Shown here: one piece after another, positions 8,831 through 20,000 of the stretch
Position numbering within the stretch: the first letter of the stretch is position 1
Layout: every line of letters begins with the position of its first letter
NCBI GenBank assembly: GCA_963749345.1
Contig: CAVVMO010000001.1
Coordinates: forward strand, 1,011,336-1,075,335
Direction of reading: 5' to 3'
DNA length: 64,000 nt
From: an uncultured Bacteroidales bacterium
Lineage (GTDB): Bacteria; Bacteroidota; Bacteroidia; Bacteroidales; JAADJA01
Made by a program: the position numbers and the translations under genes
Notes under the pieces: generated by a model
What the model was told of the DNA's origin: nothing
The model's database searches: none
What the model saw: only the letters and a program-made list of their open reading frames with translations

Positions 8831-10138
8831 CTAATTCCCTGAAAGGCCTTTCTTATAAACTGAAATTGCTCTCATTCTGGCAAATTGATGGTCAACAACA
8901 GGATTTGGGTAGGCACTTGTTTGTAATTCAGGAACCCACTTTTTGATATACTTCTTTTCAGCATCAAACTTTTTCATTTGCTCGGTTGGATTAAAAATCC
9001 TGAAATATGGCGCAGCATCACACCCTGTGCCCGCAGCCCACTGCCAGTTACCGTTGTTGGATGATAATTCATAATCCAGCAATTTCCTGGCAAAATAACC
9101 TTCGCCCCAGCGCCAGTCGATCAGCAGATGTTTACAAAGAAAGCTTGCAACAACCATCCGAACCCGGTTGTGCATAAAGCCAGTAGTGTTTAGCGCCCTC
9201 ATTCCGGCATCCACCATAGGATAACCGGTTTTCCCCCCGCACCATTGATGAAATTGATCTTCATCGTTAATCCATTCAATTTTATCATAAGCAGGTTTGA
9301 AACTTTCCCTGACAACTTTGGGAAAGTGATAAAGTATCTGCATGAAAAATTCACGCCACACAAGTTCTTTTAAAAAGGTTCTATTTGCAAAAGAATCTGC
9401 CTTTATGATAAGCTCCCGAATGCTTATCGTCCCGAATCTCAAATGAGTTCCTGCCATCGAAGTTCCATCTATAAAAGGAAAATTCCTGGTTTGTTCGTAC
9501 TTTTCAATCCGGTCGCTATCCAGTCGTGCCTCTGGAATACTTATATCACTTTTAACAAATCCGATTTGCCTCAGTTCAGGAACTTCAGACCAGGGCAATT
9601 GAATAAAGTTTTGAAAATATTTTGCTGTATCAAAAATTCGAACAGGGTTTTCAGAGAGTCTTGACATCCACTTATTCATATAAGGTGTGTAAACCGTATA
9701 AGGCTTTCCATCATCCTTTACTACCTCATCCTTTTCAAAAATCACGTGGTCTTTAAATGTTCGAGAACTTATTTTTTGGGTTTGGAGAAAGTCGAATATT
9801 TGCTGGTCCCTCCTGATTGAATATGGCTCATAATCATGGTTGGTATAGACTTCCAAAATGTCGTATTCATCGACAAGGTTTTTCCAAACGGTAAGAGGTT
9901 CGCCATGTTTTACTATTAAGCGACTTCCAGTGCTTTTTAACTTTTCATTAATCTTTTTAAGTTCTTCGAATATGAAGGTCACCCGCGGATCATTTTTTTC
10001 CAGCTCGTTCAGAATATTCGTATCGAAGACAAAAACCGGTAAAACCGGCAATCCGGATTTCAAAGCATGGAAAAGACCGGCATTATCATTCAACCGCAGA
10101 TCGCGGCGAAACCAGAAAATATTAATGGAATTCTTCAA
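8831..10138 (-). CDS. Deoxyribodipyrimidine photolyase / cryptochrome family protein
   Basis: 435-aa ORF. The N-terminus is INIFWFRRDLRLNDNAGL, and the FAD-binding C-terminus reads GYPMVDAGMRALNTTGFMHNRVRMVVASFL...WGEGYF...LLDYELSSNNGNWQW. Confidence 0.9.
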   Translation of the reverse strand: MKNSINIFWFRRDLRLNDNAGLFHALKSGLPVLPVFVFDTNILNELEKNDPRVTFIFEELKKINEKLKSTGSRLIVKHGEPLTVWKNLVDEYDILEVYTNHDYEPYSIRRDQQIFDFLQTQKISSRTFKDHVIFEKDEVVKDDGKPYTVYTPYMNKWMSRLSENPVRIFDTAKYFQNFIQLPWSEVPELRQIGFVKSDISIPEARLDSDRIEKYEQTRNFPFIDGTSMAGTHLRFGTISIRELIIKADSFANRTFLKELVWREFFMQILYHFPKVVRESFKPAYDKIEWINDEDQFHQWCGGKTGYPMVDAGMRALNTTGFMHNRVRMVVASFLCKHLLIDWRWGEGYFARKLLDYELSSNNGNWQWAAGTGCDAAPYFRIFNPTEQMKKFDAEKKYIKKWVPELQTSAYPNPVVDHQFARMRAISVYKKGLSGN

Positions 10139-10165
10139 ACTAAATAATGATCACAGGTTTTGAAA

Positions 10166-10194
10166 TAAAAAAACCTCCGGTTTAGCAGAGGTTT
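10166..10194 (-). terminator. Rho-independent terminator after the ferritin gene
   Basis: A 7-bp stem (AAACCTC at 10171-10177 with GAGGTTT at 10188-10194) is followed on the minus strand by TTTTTTT (the + strand A-run at 10167-10173). Confidence 0.7.
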
Positions 10195-10225
10195 TGTATT
10201 TTACAATTCAAAATTAATCATTGCC

Positions 10226-10744
10226 TCAAGCAGGAGTTCCGGTCGCAAGTTTTGCTGTGCCAAGCGCATCCAGTTCCTTATCCAGCATAAATAACCCGCC
10301 TTTCTCATTACCTGCCAATCTGAATTTGTCTAGAATACCTTTGAACATGCTTTCCTCCTCAATTTGTTCCATGATATACCATTGCAGGAATTGCCCGGTG
10401 GTGTAATCCTTTTCGGAGAAAGCTGTCTCGTAAAGTTTATTTATGCTCAGCGTAATGAATTCTTCATGTTTGAGAATCTTTTCAAAAATATCAAGCAATG
10501 AATTGTATTTATTATCCGGCATTTCCAAACTCTGCAGAACCCCATAACCTCCTTTATCATTGACATATTTGATAAGCTTGGTCATGTGCAACCGCTCCTC
10601 ATCCGAATGAGCATATAAAAATTTGGCGGCACCCGGAAAACCGTTCACTTCACACCATGAAGCCATGGCCATGTATATCCTGGAAGATTGTTCCTCATAC
10701 TGAATCTGTTTGATGATAACCTTTTCAACTTTTTTTGAGATCAT
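10226..10744 (-). CDS. ftnA: Non-heme ferritin
   Basis: 172-aa ORF with ferroxidase-centre context: QIQYEEQSSRIYMAMASW...AHSDEERLHMTKLIKYV...FLQWYIMEQIEEE. Confidence 0.85.
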   Translation of the reverse strand: MISKKVEKVIIKQIQYEEQSSRIYMAMASWCEVNGFPGAAKFLYAHSDEERLHMTKLIKYVNDKGGYGVLQSLEMPDNKYNSLLDIFEKILKHEEFITLSINKLYETAFSEKDYTTGQFLQWYIMEQIEEESMFKGILDKFRLAGNEKGGLFMLDKELDALGTAKLATGTPA

Positions 10745-10852
10745 ATTTTATAGTGTTTATTGTGTAATATTAATCAGTTGACAAATATACAACAATCAAC
10801 AGGACACCTTTTCAAATTGTTCAAAATTCTTTAACTTTGATTCCAGAAAAAC

Positions 10853-10884
10853 TAAAAACCCTGTTGGGACAGTGCCTGACAGGG
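10853..10884 (-). terminator. Rho-independent terminator after atpG
   Basis: Stem CCCTGT (10859-10864) pairs with ACAGGG (10879-10884). It is followed on the minus strand by TTTTT (the + strand A-run at 10854-10858). Confidence 0.6.
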
Positions 10885-10907
10885 CCATATATTTTTGAAT
10901 AAAAAAA

Positions 10908-11798
10908 TTATCCTTTCAATGCTTCAGCTCCTCCAACAATTTCAAGAATTTCACCGGTAATGGAAGCCTGCCGTGCTTTATTATAAGCCAGATTGAGGTC
11001 CTTGAGAATTTCTTTTGCATTGTCGGTTGCCTGGTGCATTGCCGTCATCCGCGCGCCGTGTTCCGAAGCATATGAATCGAGCAGGGCTTTATAGAATTGT
11101 ATCTTCAGCGATTTTGGAATCAGGTCCAGTACGATCTCCTCTTTGCTGGGTTCAAATATATAATCCACCTTTGAGTTCTTCTTTTTTGTGTCATCCTTTG
11201 CAGGAGGCAATACCGGTAAAAACTGCTCGGCCACGAGTTTCTGTGTAGCAGCATTTTTAAACTGGTTGTAAATTATTTCAATCCGGTCAAAGCTCTTATT
11301 CGAAAACAGGTTCATTACATTCTCCGCAATCACTGAAACATTTTCAAAAGTAAGGTGATTGAAAACATCATCGTGGGATTCGATCACCTTGTAATTCTTT
11401 CTTTTGTAAAATTCAGTTGCCTTTTTTCCAATGGTCATAAGGCTCACATTTCCTTTCTGATGCTGAGCCGCATATTTATCTGCCATCAGGTTGTTAGCCA
11501 TTTTCATCACATTTGCATTGAAAGCACCGCATAACCCACGATTGGAAGTAACTACGACAATCAATACTTTTTCAGGCTGGCGCTGGACAGAATAAACACT
11601 GCTTGAATCACCTGCATCAAGGCTGACCGAAAGGTTTTGCAGAAATTCCTGCAATTTAGCAGCATAAGGGCGCATCCTGATTATAGCAGACTGTGCCCGA
11701 CGCAATTTGGATGCCGCCACCATTTTCATAGCGCTGGTAATCTGCTGGGTTGATTTAACGGATGCTATCCTTATTCTTACTTCCTTTAAATTAGCCAC
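10908..11798 (-). CDS. atpG: F0F1 ATP synthase subunit gamma
   Basis: 296-aa ORF starting MANLKEVRIRIASVKSTQQITSAMKMVAASKLRRAQ and ending ...ITGEILEIVGGAEAL. Confidence 0.95.
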   Translation of the reverse strand: MANLKEVRIRIASVKSTQQITSAMKMVAASKLRRAQSAIIRMRPYAAKLQEFLQNLSVSLDAGDSSSVYSVQRQPEKVLIVVVTSNRGLCGAFNANVMKMANNLMADKYAAQHQKGNVSLMTIGKKATEFYKRKNYKVIESHDDVFNHLTFENVSVIAENVMNLFSNKSFDRIEIIYNQFKNAATQKLVAEQFLPVLPPAKDDTKKKNSKVDYIFEPSKEEIVLDLIPKSLKIQFYKALLDSYASEHGARMTAMHQATDNAKEILKDLNLAYNKARQASITGEILEIVGGAEALKG

Positions 11799-11802
11799 TT
11801 TT

Positions 11803-11837
11803 CGATTTACGATTTACGATTTACAAATTAGGAATTA
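11803..11837. repeat. Five tandem heptamers (CGATTTA x3, CAAATTA, GGAATTA) filling the atpA-atpG spacer
   Basis: Direct reading. The last unit overlaps the atpA stop codon. Confidence 0.8.
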
Positions 11838-13418
11838 AACCTCGAATTTTTTTGCTACTTCCGATGCAACCTGTTCAAGTTTTTTTAATACATCATCCGG
11901 AAATTGTCCTTTTCTTAACGTTTCGAGGACATCCTTATGCTTCTCTTCAAGCTCGTGCAAAAAGAATTCTTCAAAGTCACGAACTTTATTTACCGGGACT
12001 TTTTTAACCAATCCTTTGGTACCGCAATAGATAATGGCAACCTGGTTTTCGACCGGCATGGGCGAATACTGTGGTTGTTTCAAGATCTCCACATTTCTCC
12101 TTCCTTTATCCAGAACCGCAAGGGTGGCAGCATCAAGGTCGGAACCAAATTTCGAGAAAGCTTCCAGCTCACGGAACTGGGCCTGATCGAGTTTCAGGGT
12201 TCCTGCAATTTTCTTCATTGATTTGATCTGAGCATTGCCTCCAACCCTTGACACCGAAATCCCTACGTTAATGGCTGGACGAATACCCGAATTGAACAAG
12301 GTGGTTTCGAGAAATATCTGACCATCGGTAATCGAGATCACATTGGTTGGAATATATGCTGAAACATCGCCTGCCTGTGTTTCGATGATGGGCAGAGCGG
12401 TAAGCGAACCACCTCCCTTAACCAATGGTTTCAACGATTCTGGCAGGTCATTCATTTGAGCTGCAACTTCATTCGATTCGATGATCTTGGCAGCTCTTTC
12501 GAGCAACCTTGAGTGAAGATAGAAAACATCGCCCGGGTAAGCTTCTCGTCCCGGAGGACGGCGCAGCAATAAGGATACTTCACGATATGCAACTGCCTGT
12601 TTCGACAGGTCATCAAAAATAATGAGAGCAGGTCTGCCGGTATCTCTCAAAAATTCACCGATAGCAGCTCCTGCAAAAGGTGCATAAAATTGCATCGCCG
12701 CCGGATCAGAAGCTGTCGCCATAACTACGGTTGTATAAGCCATTGCTCCATTGTCGTCTAAAGTTTTTACGATGTTGGCTACAGAAGATCCCTTTTGTCC
12801 AATAGCCACATAAATACAGAATACCGGTTTCCCTTGTTCGAAACCTTCTTTCTGGTTGATAATAGTATCAATAGCAATAGCGGTTTTACCGGTCTGGCGG
12901 TCACCAATAATCAACTCCCGCTGACCTCGGCCGATGGGTATCATGGCATCAATCGCTTTGATCCCAGTTTGGAGTGGTTCATTTACCGGTTGACGGAATA
13001 TTACACCCGGTGCTTTTCTCTCAAGCGGCATTTCAAATAAGGTTCCTTTGATTTCACCTTTTCCATCAATCGGTTCACCCAGCGTGTTGATCACCCTGCC
13101 AATCAATCCTTCGCCCACATTAATAGAAGCAATCTTACCGGTGCGCTTTACTTTATCACCTTCCAGAATATCATGCGCCTCACCCAATAAAACAGCACCT
13201 ACATTGTCTTGTTCGAGATTAAGCACAATACCTTTCAAACCGGTTTTTTCAAATTCAATCAATTCACCCGACTGCGCATTGTTCAATCCATAGATACGGG
13301 CAATGCCGTCACCGATTTGCAGCACGGTTCCTATTTCCTCAAGTTGAGCGGTATCATTAAACCCTGACAACTGTTGCCTCAATATTGCCGATACTTCCGA
13401 TGGTTTTATTTCTGCCAT
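11835..13418 (-). CDS. atpA: F0F1 ATP synthase subunit alpha
   Basis: 527-aa ORF with Walker A GDRQTGKT and a typical alpha-subunit sequence throughout. Confidence 0.97.
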   Translation of the reverse strand: MAEIKPSEVSAILRQQLSGFNDTAQLEEIGTVLQIGDGIARIYGLNNAQSGELIEFEKTGLKGIVLNLEQDNVGAVLLGEAHDILEGDKVKRTGKIASINVGEGLIGRVINTLGEPIDGKGEIKGTLFEMPLERKAPGVIFRQPVNEPLQTGIKAIDAMIPIGRGQRELIIGDRQTGKTAIAIDTIINQKEGFEQGKPVFCIYVAIGQKGSSVANIVKTLDDNGAMAYTTVVMATASDPAAMQFYAPFAGAAIGEFLRDTGRPALIIFDDLSKQAVAYREVSLLLRRPPGREAYPGDVFYLHSRLLERAAKIIESNEVAAQMNDLPESLKPLVKGGGSLTALPIIETQAGDVSAYIPTNVISITDGQIFLETTLFNSGIRPAINVGISVSRVGGNAQIKSMKKIAGTLKLDQAQFRELEAFSKFGSDLDAATLAVLDKGRRNVEILKQPQYSPMPVENQVAIIYCGTKGLVKKVPVNKVRDFEEFFLHELEEKHKDVLETLRKGQFPDDVLKKLEQVASEVAKKFEV

Positions 13419-13441
13419 GTTTGGATAATTTGTTATTTCAA

Positions 13442-13999
13442 TTAAAATCCTTTGATGTATAAATTTATATCAAACTCACGCCGCAAATTCTTGATTTGCC
13501 TGATGATGCTTGCGTCATATTGTTTATCCTCGTACGAAAGCACAAACCCGCCGATGATTTCTTCATCTATCTTTTCTTTCAAATCAACCTGTGCACTCGC
13601 TCGTTTTTCGAGCAGGGTCAATATTCTTTTACGAAGTGTCTCATCAATCTGAGCTGCTGTAGTAATTTCAACGGTGATGATATTTTTGTGAATTTTGTAT
13701 ATTTCAATGAATTGGATAAAGATTTCAGGAATCAGTTTTTCCCTTTTGTTTCGGGTAATGATCAATAAAAAATTCAGGGTGATCTCCTGTAAATGCTTAC
13801 TAAAAATTTCTTTAATGACCAGCGCTTTTTTATCAGCTCTGATCACGGGACTGCGGAGCATAAAAACAAAATCCTTATTTGAATTGCAGACCTCATGAAG
13901 CAAAAGTGCATCCTGCCTGACCTTTTCCAAAACATCCATTTCAATGGTCAGATCAAAAAGCGCCTTTGCATACCTGTTGGCTATTTTAGTTTCGTTCAT
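13442..13999 (-). CDS. atpH: F0F1 ATP synthase subunit delta (OSCP)
   Basis: 185-aa ORF. The call rests on its position between atpF and atpA, the N-terminus [12 protein letters not shown] and the C-terminus GGFVL...DASI. Confidence 0.9.
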   Translation of the reverse strand: MNETKIANRYAKALFDLTIEMDVLEKVRQDALLLHEVCNSNKDFVFMLRSPVIRADKKALVIKEIFSKHLQEITLNFLLIITRNKREKLIPEIFIQFIEIYKIHKNIITVEITTAAQIDETLRKRILTLLEKRASAQVDLKEKIDEEIIGGFVLSYEDKQYDASIIRQIKNLRREFDINLYIKGF

Positions 14000-14025
14000 G
14001 CCTCAATCCTCTTTGTTATCCCGAA

Positions 14026-14520
14026 TCAATTTACATTCACCTCATCAATCAGCCTCTGAATAAACTCCTTTTGACTGTCTTTGCCCGACAATTCCTTCTT
14101 AATGATCTTTTCAGCAATTTCGATAGACAAGAGGGCTAACTGGTTTTTCATATCGTGAATGGCTGCTAATTTTTCATTATTGATGGCTTCCCTGGCATTC
14201 TCAATAATGCGGTTTCCCTCTTCATTGGCTTTAATCCTGGCCGCTTCTATGATTGATTCTTTTACTTTTCGGGCATCTCTCAGGATATTATCCCTGTCTT
14301 CTTTAGCTTCCTTCAGTAATTGCTCATTGCTGAACTTTAGAGCTTTCATTTCCTCATGGGCTTTGTTGGCCGTATTCAAAGCCTCCTCAATGGTTTGTTC
14401 ACGTTCTTTCAATCCTTTCATGATGGGTTTCCATGCGAATTTAGCCAGTATCCAAAGCAATAGCGAGAATGCGATGGTCATCCAAATAATGAGGCCTATT
14501 CCGGGTTGTACAAGTTCCAT
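14026..14520 (-). CDS. atpF: F0F1 ATP synthase subunit b
   Basis: 164-aa ORF with a single N-terminal TM segment followed by a long charged helix, in the expected operon position. Confidence 0.9.
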   Translation of the reverse strand: MELVQPGIGLIIWMTIAFSLLLWILAKFAWKPIMKGLKEREQTIEEALNTANKAHEEMKALKFSNEQLLKEAKEDRDNILRDARKVKESIIEAARIKANEEGNRIIENAREAINNEKLAAIHDMKNQLALLSIEIAEKIIKKELSGKDSQKEFIQRLIDEVNVN

Positions 14521-14559
14521 TTTCTATGTTTTAATAATGGTTTCCTGAATTATAAAAGT

Positions 14560-14609
14560 TCAAATAATAAACCTTTACACCACAGCCAACCGCTATGATG
14601 TAAAGGTTT
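14560..14609 (-). terminator. Strong intra-operon hairpin downstream of atpE (possible attenuator or partial terminator)
   Basis: An 11-bp stem (AAACCTTTACA at 14569-14579 with TGTAAAGGTTT at 14599-14609) is followed on the minus strand by TTATTATTTG. Confidence 0.45.
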
Positions 14610-14619
14610 TATGTTGCTG

Positions 14620-14871
<252 letters not shown>

Positions 14872-14885
14872 CTAAATATTAATTA

Positions 14886-14948
14886 AAAACCAAATTCTAA
14901 AACCAAAACTCCAAACCCCGAACATCGAACTTTGAACTTCAAACTGCT
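14886..14948. repeat. Nine tandem degenerate heptamers (AAAACCA AATTCTA AAACCAA AACTCCA AACCCCG AACATCG AACTTTG AACTTCA AACTGCT) filling the atpB-atpE spacer
   Basis: Direct reading. The AAC phase is kept across all units, and the last unit overlaps the atpB stop codon. Confidence 0.8.
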
Positions 14949-16032
14949 AGTGATGTTCCTCCATCGCCATTCCGAAATACAGGGCTGACAATAACGTAAA
15001 TACATACGCCTGGATAAATGCAACCAGCAGTTCGAGCAATCCCATAAAAACGGCGAAGGCAACCGAAACGACAGAAACGCCATAGCCAATGGCAGGATTC
15101 ATATTTCCAAAAATAAAGATTAAACTCATAAAGCCAAGCACGATAATGTGTCCGGCGGTAATGTTTGCAAAAAGACGGACCATGAGAACAAATGGTTTTG
15201 TGAAGACTCCCATTAGTTCAACAACCGGCATCAAAGGCACCGGAATTTTCAGCCACCAGGGTACACCCGGTGTATTCACAATATGGACCCAATAATTCTT
15301 ATTTGCGCTAAATGAAGTTATAATAAAAGTGAACAGAGCCATTACCATGGTCACTCCTATATTCCCGGTCAGGTTAACGCCTCCCGGAAAAAATGGCACC
15401 AATCCCAGCAGATTATTGAAGAAAATAAAGAAAAAGATGGTTAGCAGGTAGGGTAAAAACTTTTCATACTTCTTCTCGCCTATCGAGGTCTTTGCTACAT
15501 CATCGCGGATAAAAAGGATTAATGGCTCCAGCAACGATTGCAAGCCTTTTGGTGGCAGACCTTTCCGTCGCACATAAGATTTCCCTATTGAAATAAATAT
15601 AACAACAATCAGCACCATGCTGATCAGCATGGAAGCAATATTTTTTGTGATCGACAAATCTAAGGGAAGTTCACCGGTCTCTACATTAATGATCTTTCCC
15701 TTGTTCTCTCCTTCAGCCTCAAGCCTGTATCCTTTATAAGCATCATGACCATGATGAAATTTACTTGACAGAAAGACATCAAGCTTACCATTTGAATAAA
15801 GAATCACTGGCAAGGGAATTGAAACATGGGTTTCACCTAAGGTCAGAATATGCCATTCATGAGCGTCGGTTATGTGTTCGATGATCATGGCTCCGGGATC
15901 GAATTCCGATTCCTGGTGACTGACAGTTGTATCATTTTCGGAGGCAGCTGCTACCTGAAAAGTAAAAATGAGTATCCCTGCAATCATTGCTGCCAAAAGC
16001 CTTCTGCCTGACCGACCGTAATTAATGATCAT
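14947..16032 (-). CDS. atpB: F0F1 ATP synthase subunit a
   Basis: 361-aa polytopic ORF with the conserved LMVRLFANITAGH and an N-terminal extension typical of Bacteroidota. Confidence 0.9.
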   Translation of the reverse strand: MIINYGRSGRRLLAAMIAGILIFTFQVAAASENDTTVSHQESEFDPGAMIIEHITDAHEWHILTLGETHVSIPLPVILYSNGKLDVFLSSKFHHGHDAYKGYRLEAEGENKGKIINVETGELPLDLSITKNIASMLISMVLIVVIFISIGKSYVRRKGLPPKGLQSLLEPLILFIRDDVAKTSIGEKKYEKFLPYLLTIFFFIFFNNLLGLVPFFPGGVNLTGNIGVTMVMALFTFIITSFSANKNYWVHIVNTPGVPWWLKIPVPLMPVVELMGVFTKPFVLMVRLFANITAGHIIVLGFMSLIFIFGNMNPAIGYGVSVVSVAFAVFMGLLELLVAFIQAYVFTLLSALYFGMAMEEHH

Positions 16033-16263
16033 TTGAATAAATGCGGTTTTTAAAACGGGTGCAATTTTACAAATAAATACTTAAATAACTAAAAAAAATT
16101 ATCCTCACTTTTTAATATCACGAACCTAATCAAATATTCTCATGAAAATGATTTTAGTATTAAAATCCTGCGAGCTCAAAATTATTTATATTTATTTAAC
16201 ATTTGCCTTAACTTTTTTTGTTTAAGTTTGTTCCATAAAATCAAACATTTAAAATAATACACC

Positions 16264-17001
16264 ATGAAAAAATTAATCAGTCTTATTTTTATCTTCTCAG
16301 TTCTTTTTTCTATTGTCAGGTCGCAGGATCTAACTGAAGTCCTGAACTCCCATTTCAAAGCGATTGGTCAGGAAAAACTGACTGCTGTCAATTCCATGAA
16401 AACGTCAGGTAAGACGATCGCTCAGGGTATGGAACTCGATTTTAACATTTTCACCCAGCGACCCGAAAAATTCAGACTTGAGGTGGATATCCAGGGTGCC
16501 AAAATGATTCAGGCATTTGATGGCGAAAAAGGTTGGTTTGTTGCGCCATGGACAGGCAGTTTGGATCCCATCGAAATTTCAGGTATACAATTGAAGTCGA
16601 TAAAGCAACAGGCCAATATGGATGGCATGCTCTATAACTATGCAGAAAAGGGATACACCACCGAATTGCTGGGCAAGGAGGATATGGAAGGGACAGAAGT
16701 CTTCAAAATTAAACAGACCGATAAGGATGGCGATGTTTACTATTATTTTATTGATGCTGAAAATTTCGTATTGCTGAAAACTTCTTCAAAAGTGAAGATG
16801 GGCGAATCGGAAGTCGAAAGTGAAACCTTTTACAGCAATTACAAGGAATTTGAAGGAATGATGATGGCTTATAGTTTTGAAAGTAAAACCAACGGGCAAA
16901 CAGTCAGCCAGATCAACATCAGTAATATTGAGTTGAATCCTGAAATCGATCCTGCAATCTTTACTATGCCTCCAAAACAGGAAGTCCCTGCTGAAAAATA
17001 A
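16264..17001 (+). CDS. Secreted hypothetical protein, LolA-like / outer-membrane lipoprotein-sorting-like fold suspected
   Basis: 245-aa ORF with a signal peptide. The fold guess rests only on size and a beta-rich pattern. It lies directly upstream of the second BNR/sortilin-like gene. Confidence 0.35.
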   Translation: MKKLISLIFIFSVLFSIVRSQDLTEVLNSHFKAIGQEKLTAVNSMKTSGKTIAQGMELDFNIFTQRPEKFRLEVDIQGAKMIQAFDGEKGWFVAPWTGSLDPIEISGIQLKSIKQQANMDGMLYNYAEKGYTTELLGKEDMEGTEVFKIKQTDKDGDVYYYFIDAENFVLLKTSSKVKMGESEVESETFYSNYKEFEGMMMAYSFESKTNGQTVSQINISNIELNPEIDPAIFTMPPKQEVPAEK

Positions 17002-17085
17002 CCAGCTAAATCAAAATAAGAATTTGAATATTTAACTCCGATAAAGATTACGTCCTCTATTTAAAAATTTATTATTCAAAAAGCC

Positions 17086-20000
17086 ATGAAAAGACCAGGT
17101 TTAGTTTTATCCTTTTTTGCATTGATGTTCGTGACTAATCATACCATTTCACAGACCGAAGGCGAAATCAAGGTAGACGAAAACACATTTGGAGCTATTG
17201 AAGTGCGCCATATAGGCCCTGCTGCCATGAGCGGAAGGATTGCTTCATTGGATGCTGTTCAAAACGATCCCCGCATCATCTATGCCGGAAGCGCAAGTGG
17301 CGGCCTTTGGAAAACGACGAACGGCGGAGTTATTTTCAAACCCATCTTTGATAAATACAATCAAAGCATTGGCGCTATTACTATTGATCAGAACCATCCC
17401 GATACAGTTTGGGTGGGAACAGGAGAGAGCTGGGTCAGAAACAGCACCTCAGTGGGTGATGGGGTTTATAAAACTACGGACGGAGGAGAAAACTGGAAAA
17501 AGGTTGGACTGGAAAACGCAGAACGGATTGGTAAAATTATTGTCCATCCTAAAGATCCAAATATAGTTTATGTAGCTGCCCTGGGTCATCTCTGGAACAG
17601 CAATGAAGAGCGAGGTATTTTTAAAACCACTGATGGTGGCGCTACCTGGGAAAAAATCCTATACATAAATGACAGCACTGGTTGCTCCGATCTGGCGATT
17701 GATCCTGAAAATCCGGAAATCCTTTACGCCGCCATGTGGCAGTTCAGGAGGTATCCCTATTTCTTCAACTCAGGTGGACAAGGAAGCGGCCTCTACATCA
17801 GCCGGGATGGTGGAACCAACTGGTCAAAAGCAACTGAAGGGTTACCAACCGGAACCATCGGGAGGATTGCATTAACTGTATCACCGGCTAAACCGGATAT
17901 TGTTTTTGCAGTTATAGAATCCGAAAAATCCGCACTGTACCGCTCTGATAACAAAGGGATTTCCTGGACGAAAATGAATGATAATCCTGATTTAGGATCC
18001 CGTCCGTTTTACTTCTCATTTTTGCTTGCCGATCCGGTTGACACAAACCGCGTTTATAAACCAGGTTATTACCTAAGTTATAGCGAAGATGGCGGAAAGA
18101 CTTTCAAAGCCACCTATGTTGCCGGAGGTAGCGTCCATAGCGATATTCATCCTATCTGGGTCAGTAAAAAAGATCCAAGCCTGATGTATGTAGGAACAGA
18201 TGGCGGACTGTATGTTTCGAATGACCGTGGAAGTTCGTGGCGGTTCATCCGTAACCTGCCTGTTTCGCAGTTTTATCATGTAACGGTGGATAATAAAAAA
18301 CCTTACTTTGTCTATGGAGGACTTCAGGACAATGGATCCTGGATGGCGCCATCCAAAAGCCCGGGAGGAATAGAAAACCGGGATTGGAGCAACGTGGGTG
18401 GTGGAGATGGATTTTATGTTTTTCCTGATAAGTATGATGAAAACATTATTTACTGGCAATACCAGGGAGGCAACATCATGCGCAAAACAATGGATACCCG
18501 TGAGACCAAAGAAATAAAACCTTTTGCGAAAGAAGGAGAAACAGAATTGCGTTTTCACTGGAATACGCCCGTTGTATTCAGCCCGACAAGAGATGCAATG
18601 TATGTCGGTGCGCAGTATTTATACCGGACTACAACCAAAGGTGACGTATGGGAAAGGATTTCACCCGACCTGACAACCAACAATCCTGAAAAGCTTAAAC
18701 AATTGCAAACCGGTGGAGTAACTATCGATAATACGACTGCTGAAAACCACTGTACAATTTATACGATCAATGAATCTGCCCTCGATCCGGATGTAATCTG
18801 GGTAGGTACTGATGATGGGAACCTTCAGATGACCAAAGATGGAGGCAAATCGTGGATAAATGTTGCAGCCAATGTTTCCGGCCTGCCATCCGGCACATGG
18901 GTAAGTTATGTTTATCCTTCCCGGTTTGATAGGGGGATGTGCTATGTAACTTTCGACGGGCACATGACGGGTGATATGAAGCCCTATTTATTCAAAACAA
19001 TGGATTATGGACAAACCTGGGTTTCGATCGCTGATGAAAACGTCAAAGGTTTTTGTCATGTTATATTAGAAGACCTTGTGAACCCTGAGCTATTATTTTT
19101 AGGTACAGAATTCGGGCTCTTTGTTTCGATTGATGGCGGCAAGGTCTGGTCGCAATTTAAAGGCAACATGCCCAAAGTGCCGGTGCGCGACCTCGTGATA
19201 CAGGAAAGGGAAAACGACCTGGTGATCGGAACTCATGGCAGGGGAATTATGATCATTGACGACATCACACCCTTGCGGCTCCTGTCGGAAGAAATTTTGC
19301 AAAAAGATGTGGCGTTCCTTGACTCACGGCCATTTGAGCTCGGGCATCTCGACTGGGAGCAGGGATGGGCGGGTGATGATGAATTTACCGGCTCTAATCC
19401 TCCCGGATCAACTCTCATTAATTATTACCTTAAAAAACGTCATGTTTTTGGAGATATGTTTATCGAAATTTACAATGATAAAGGTGAAAAAATTAAGGAA
19501 TTACCTGCCGGCAAGAGGAAAGGATTAAACAGGGTATATTGGCAAATGCAGATGAAAGGGCCAAAGGTTCCGCGGTCTCCTTTGCTTTCACCACAGGCCA
19601 TGTATGGCCCAACCTATCCTCCGGGAAAATATACTGTCAAAATTATAAAGGGAGATCAAACCTATGAAGGACAGGTAACGGTAGTATACGACCCGACCAT
19701 TCCGCATAGCATGGCCGACCGTGATAAACGTTACGAAATCCTGATGAAGGCCTACAACCTGCTCGAAGACCTTGCTTATACTGATAAAGTAGTAACCGAA
19801 ATCCGTGACCAGGCAAAGGAAAAATCAGCAAAAGCCAACAATAAATCCTTAGGTAAAAAGCTTACAGTTGTGTCGGAAAGTATGGAAACACTTCACAAAG
19901 AACTTGTCGCTACCAATGTTACTTCTGCCATTACCGGTGAGGAGAAACTCAGGGAAAAGATTGGGGATATTTACAGCGCGGTGAACGGTTACCAGGGACG

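Noticed and set aside
18073-18558. 161-aa minus-strand ORF inside the 17086..20178 gene
   Set aside because: It is antisense to a strongly supported CDS and has no recognisable motifs.
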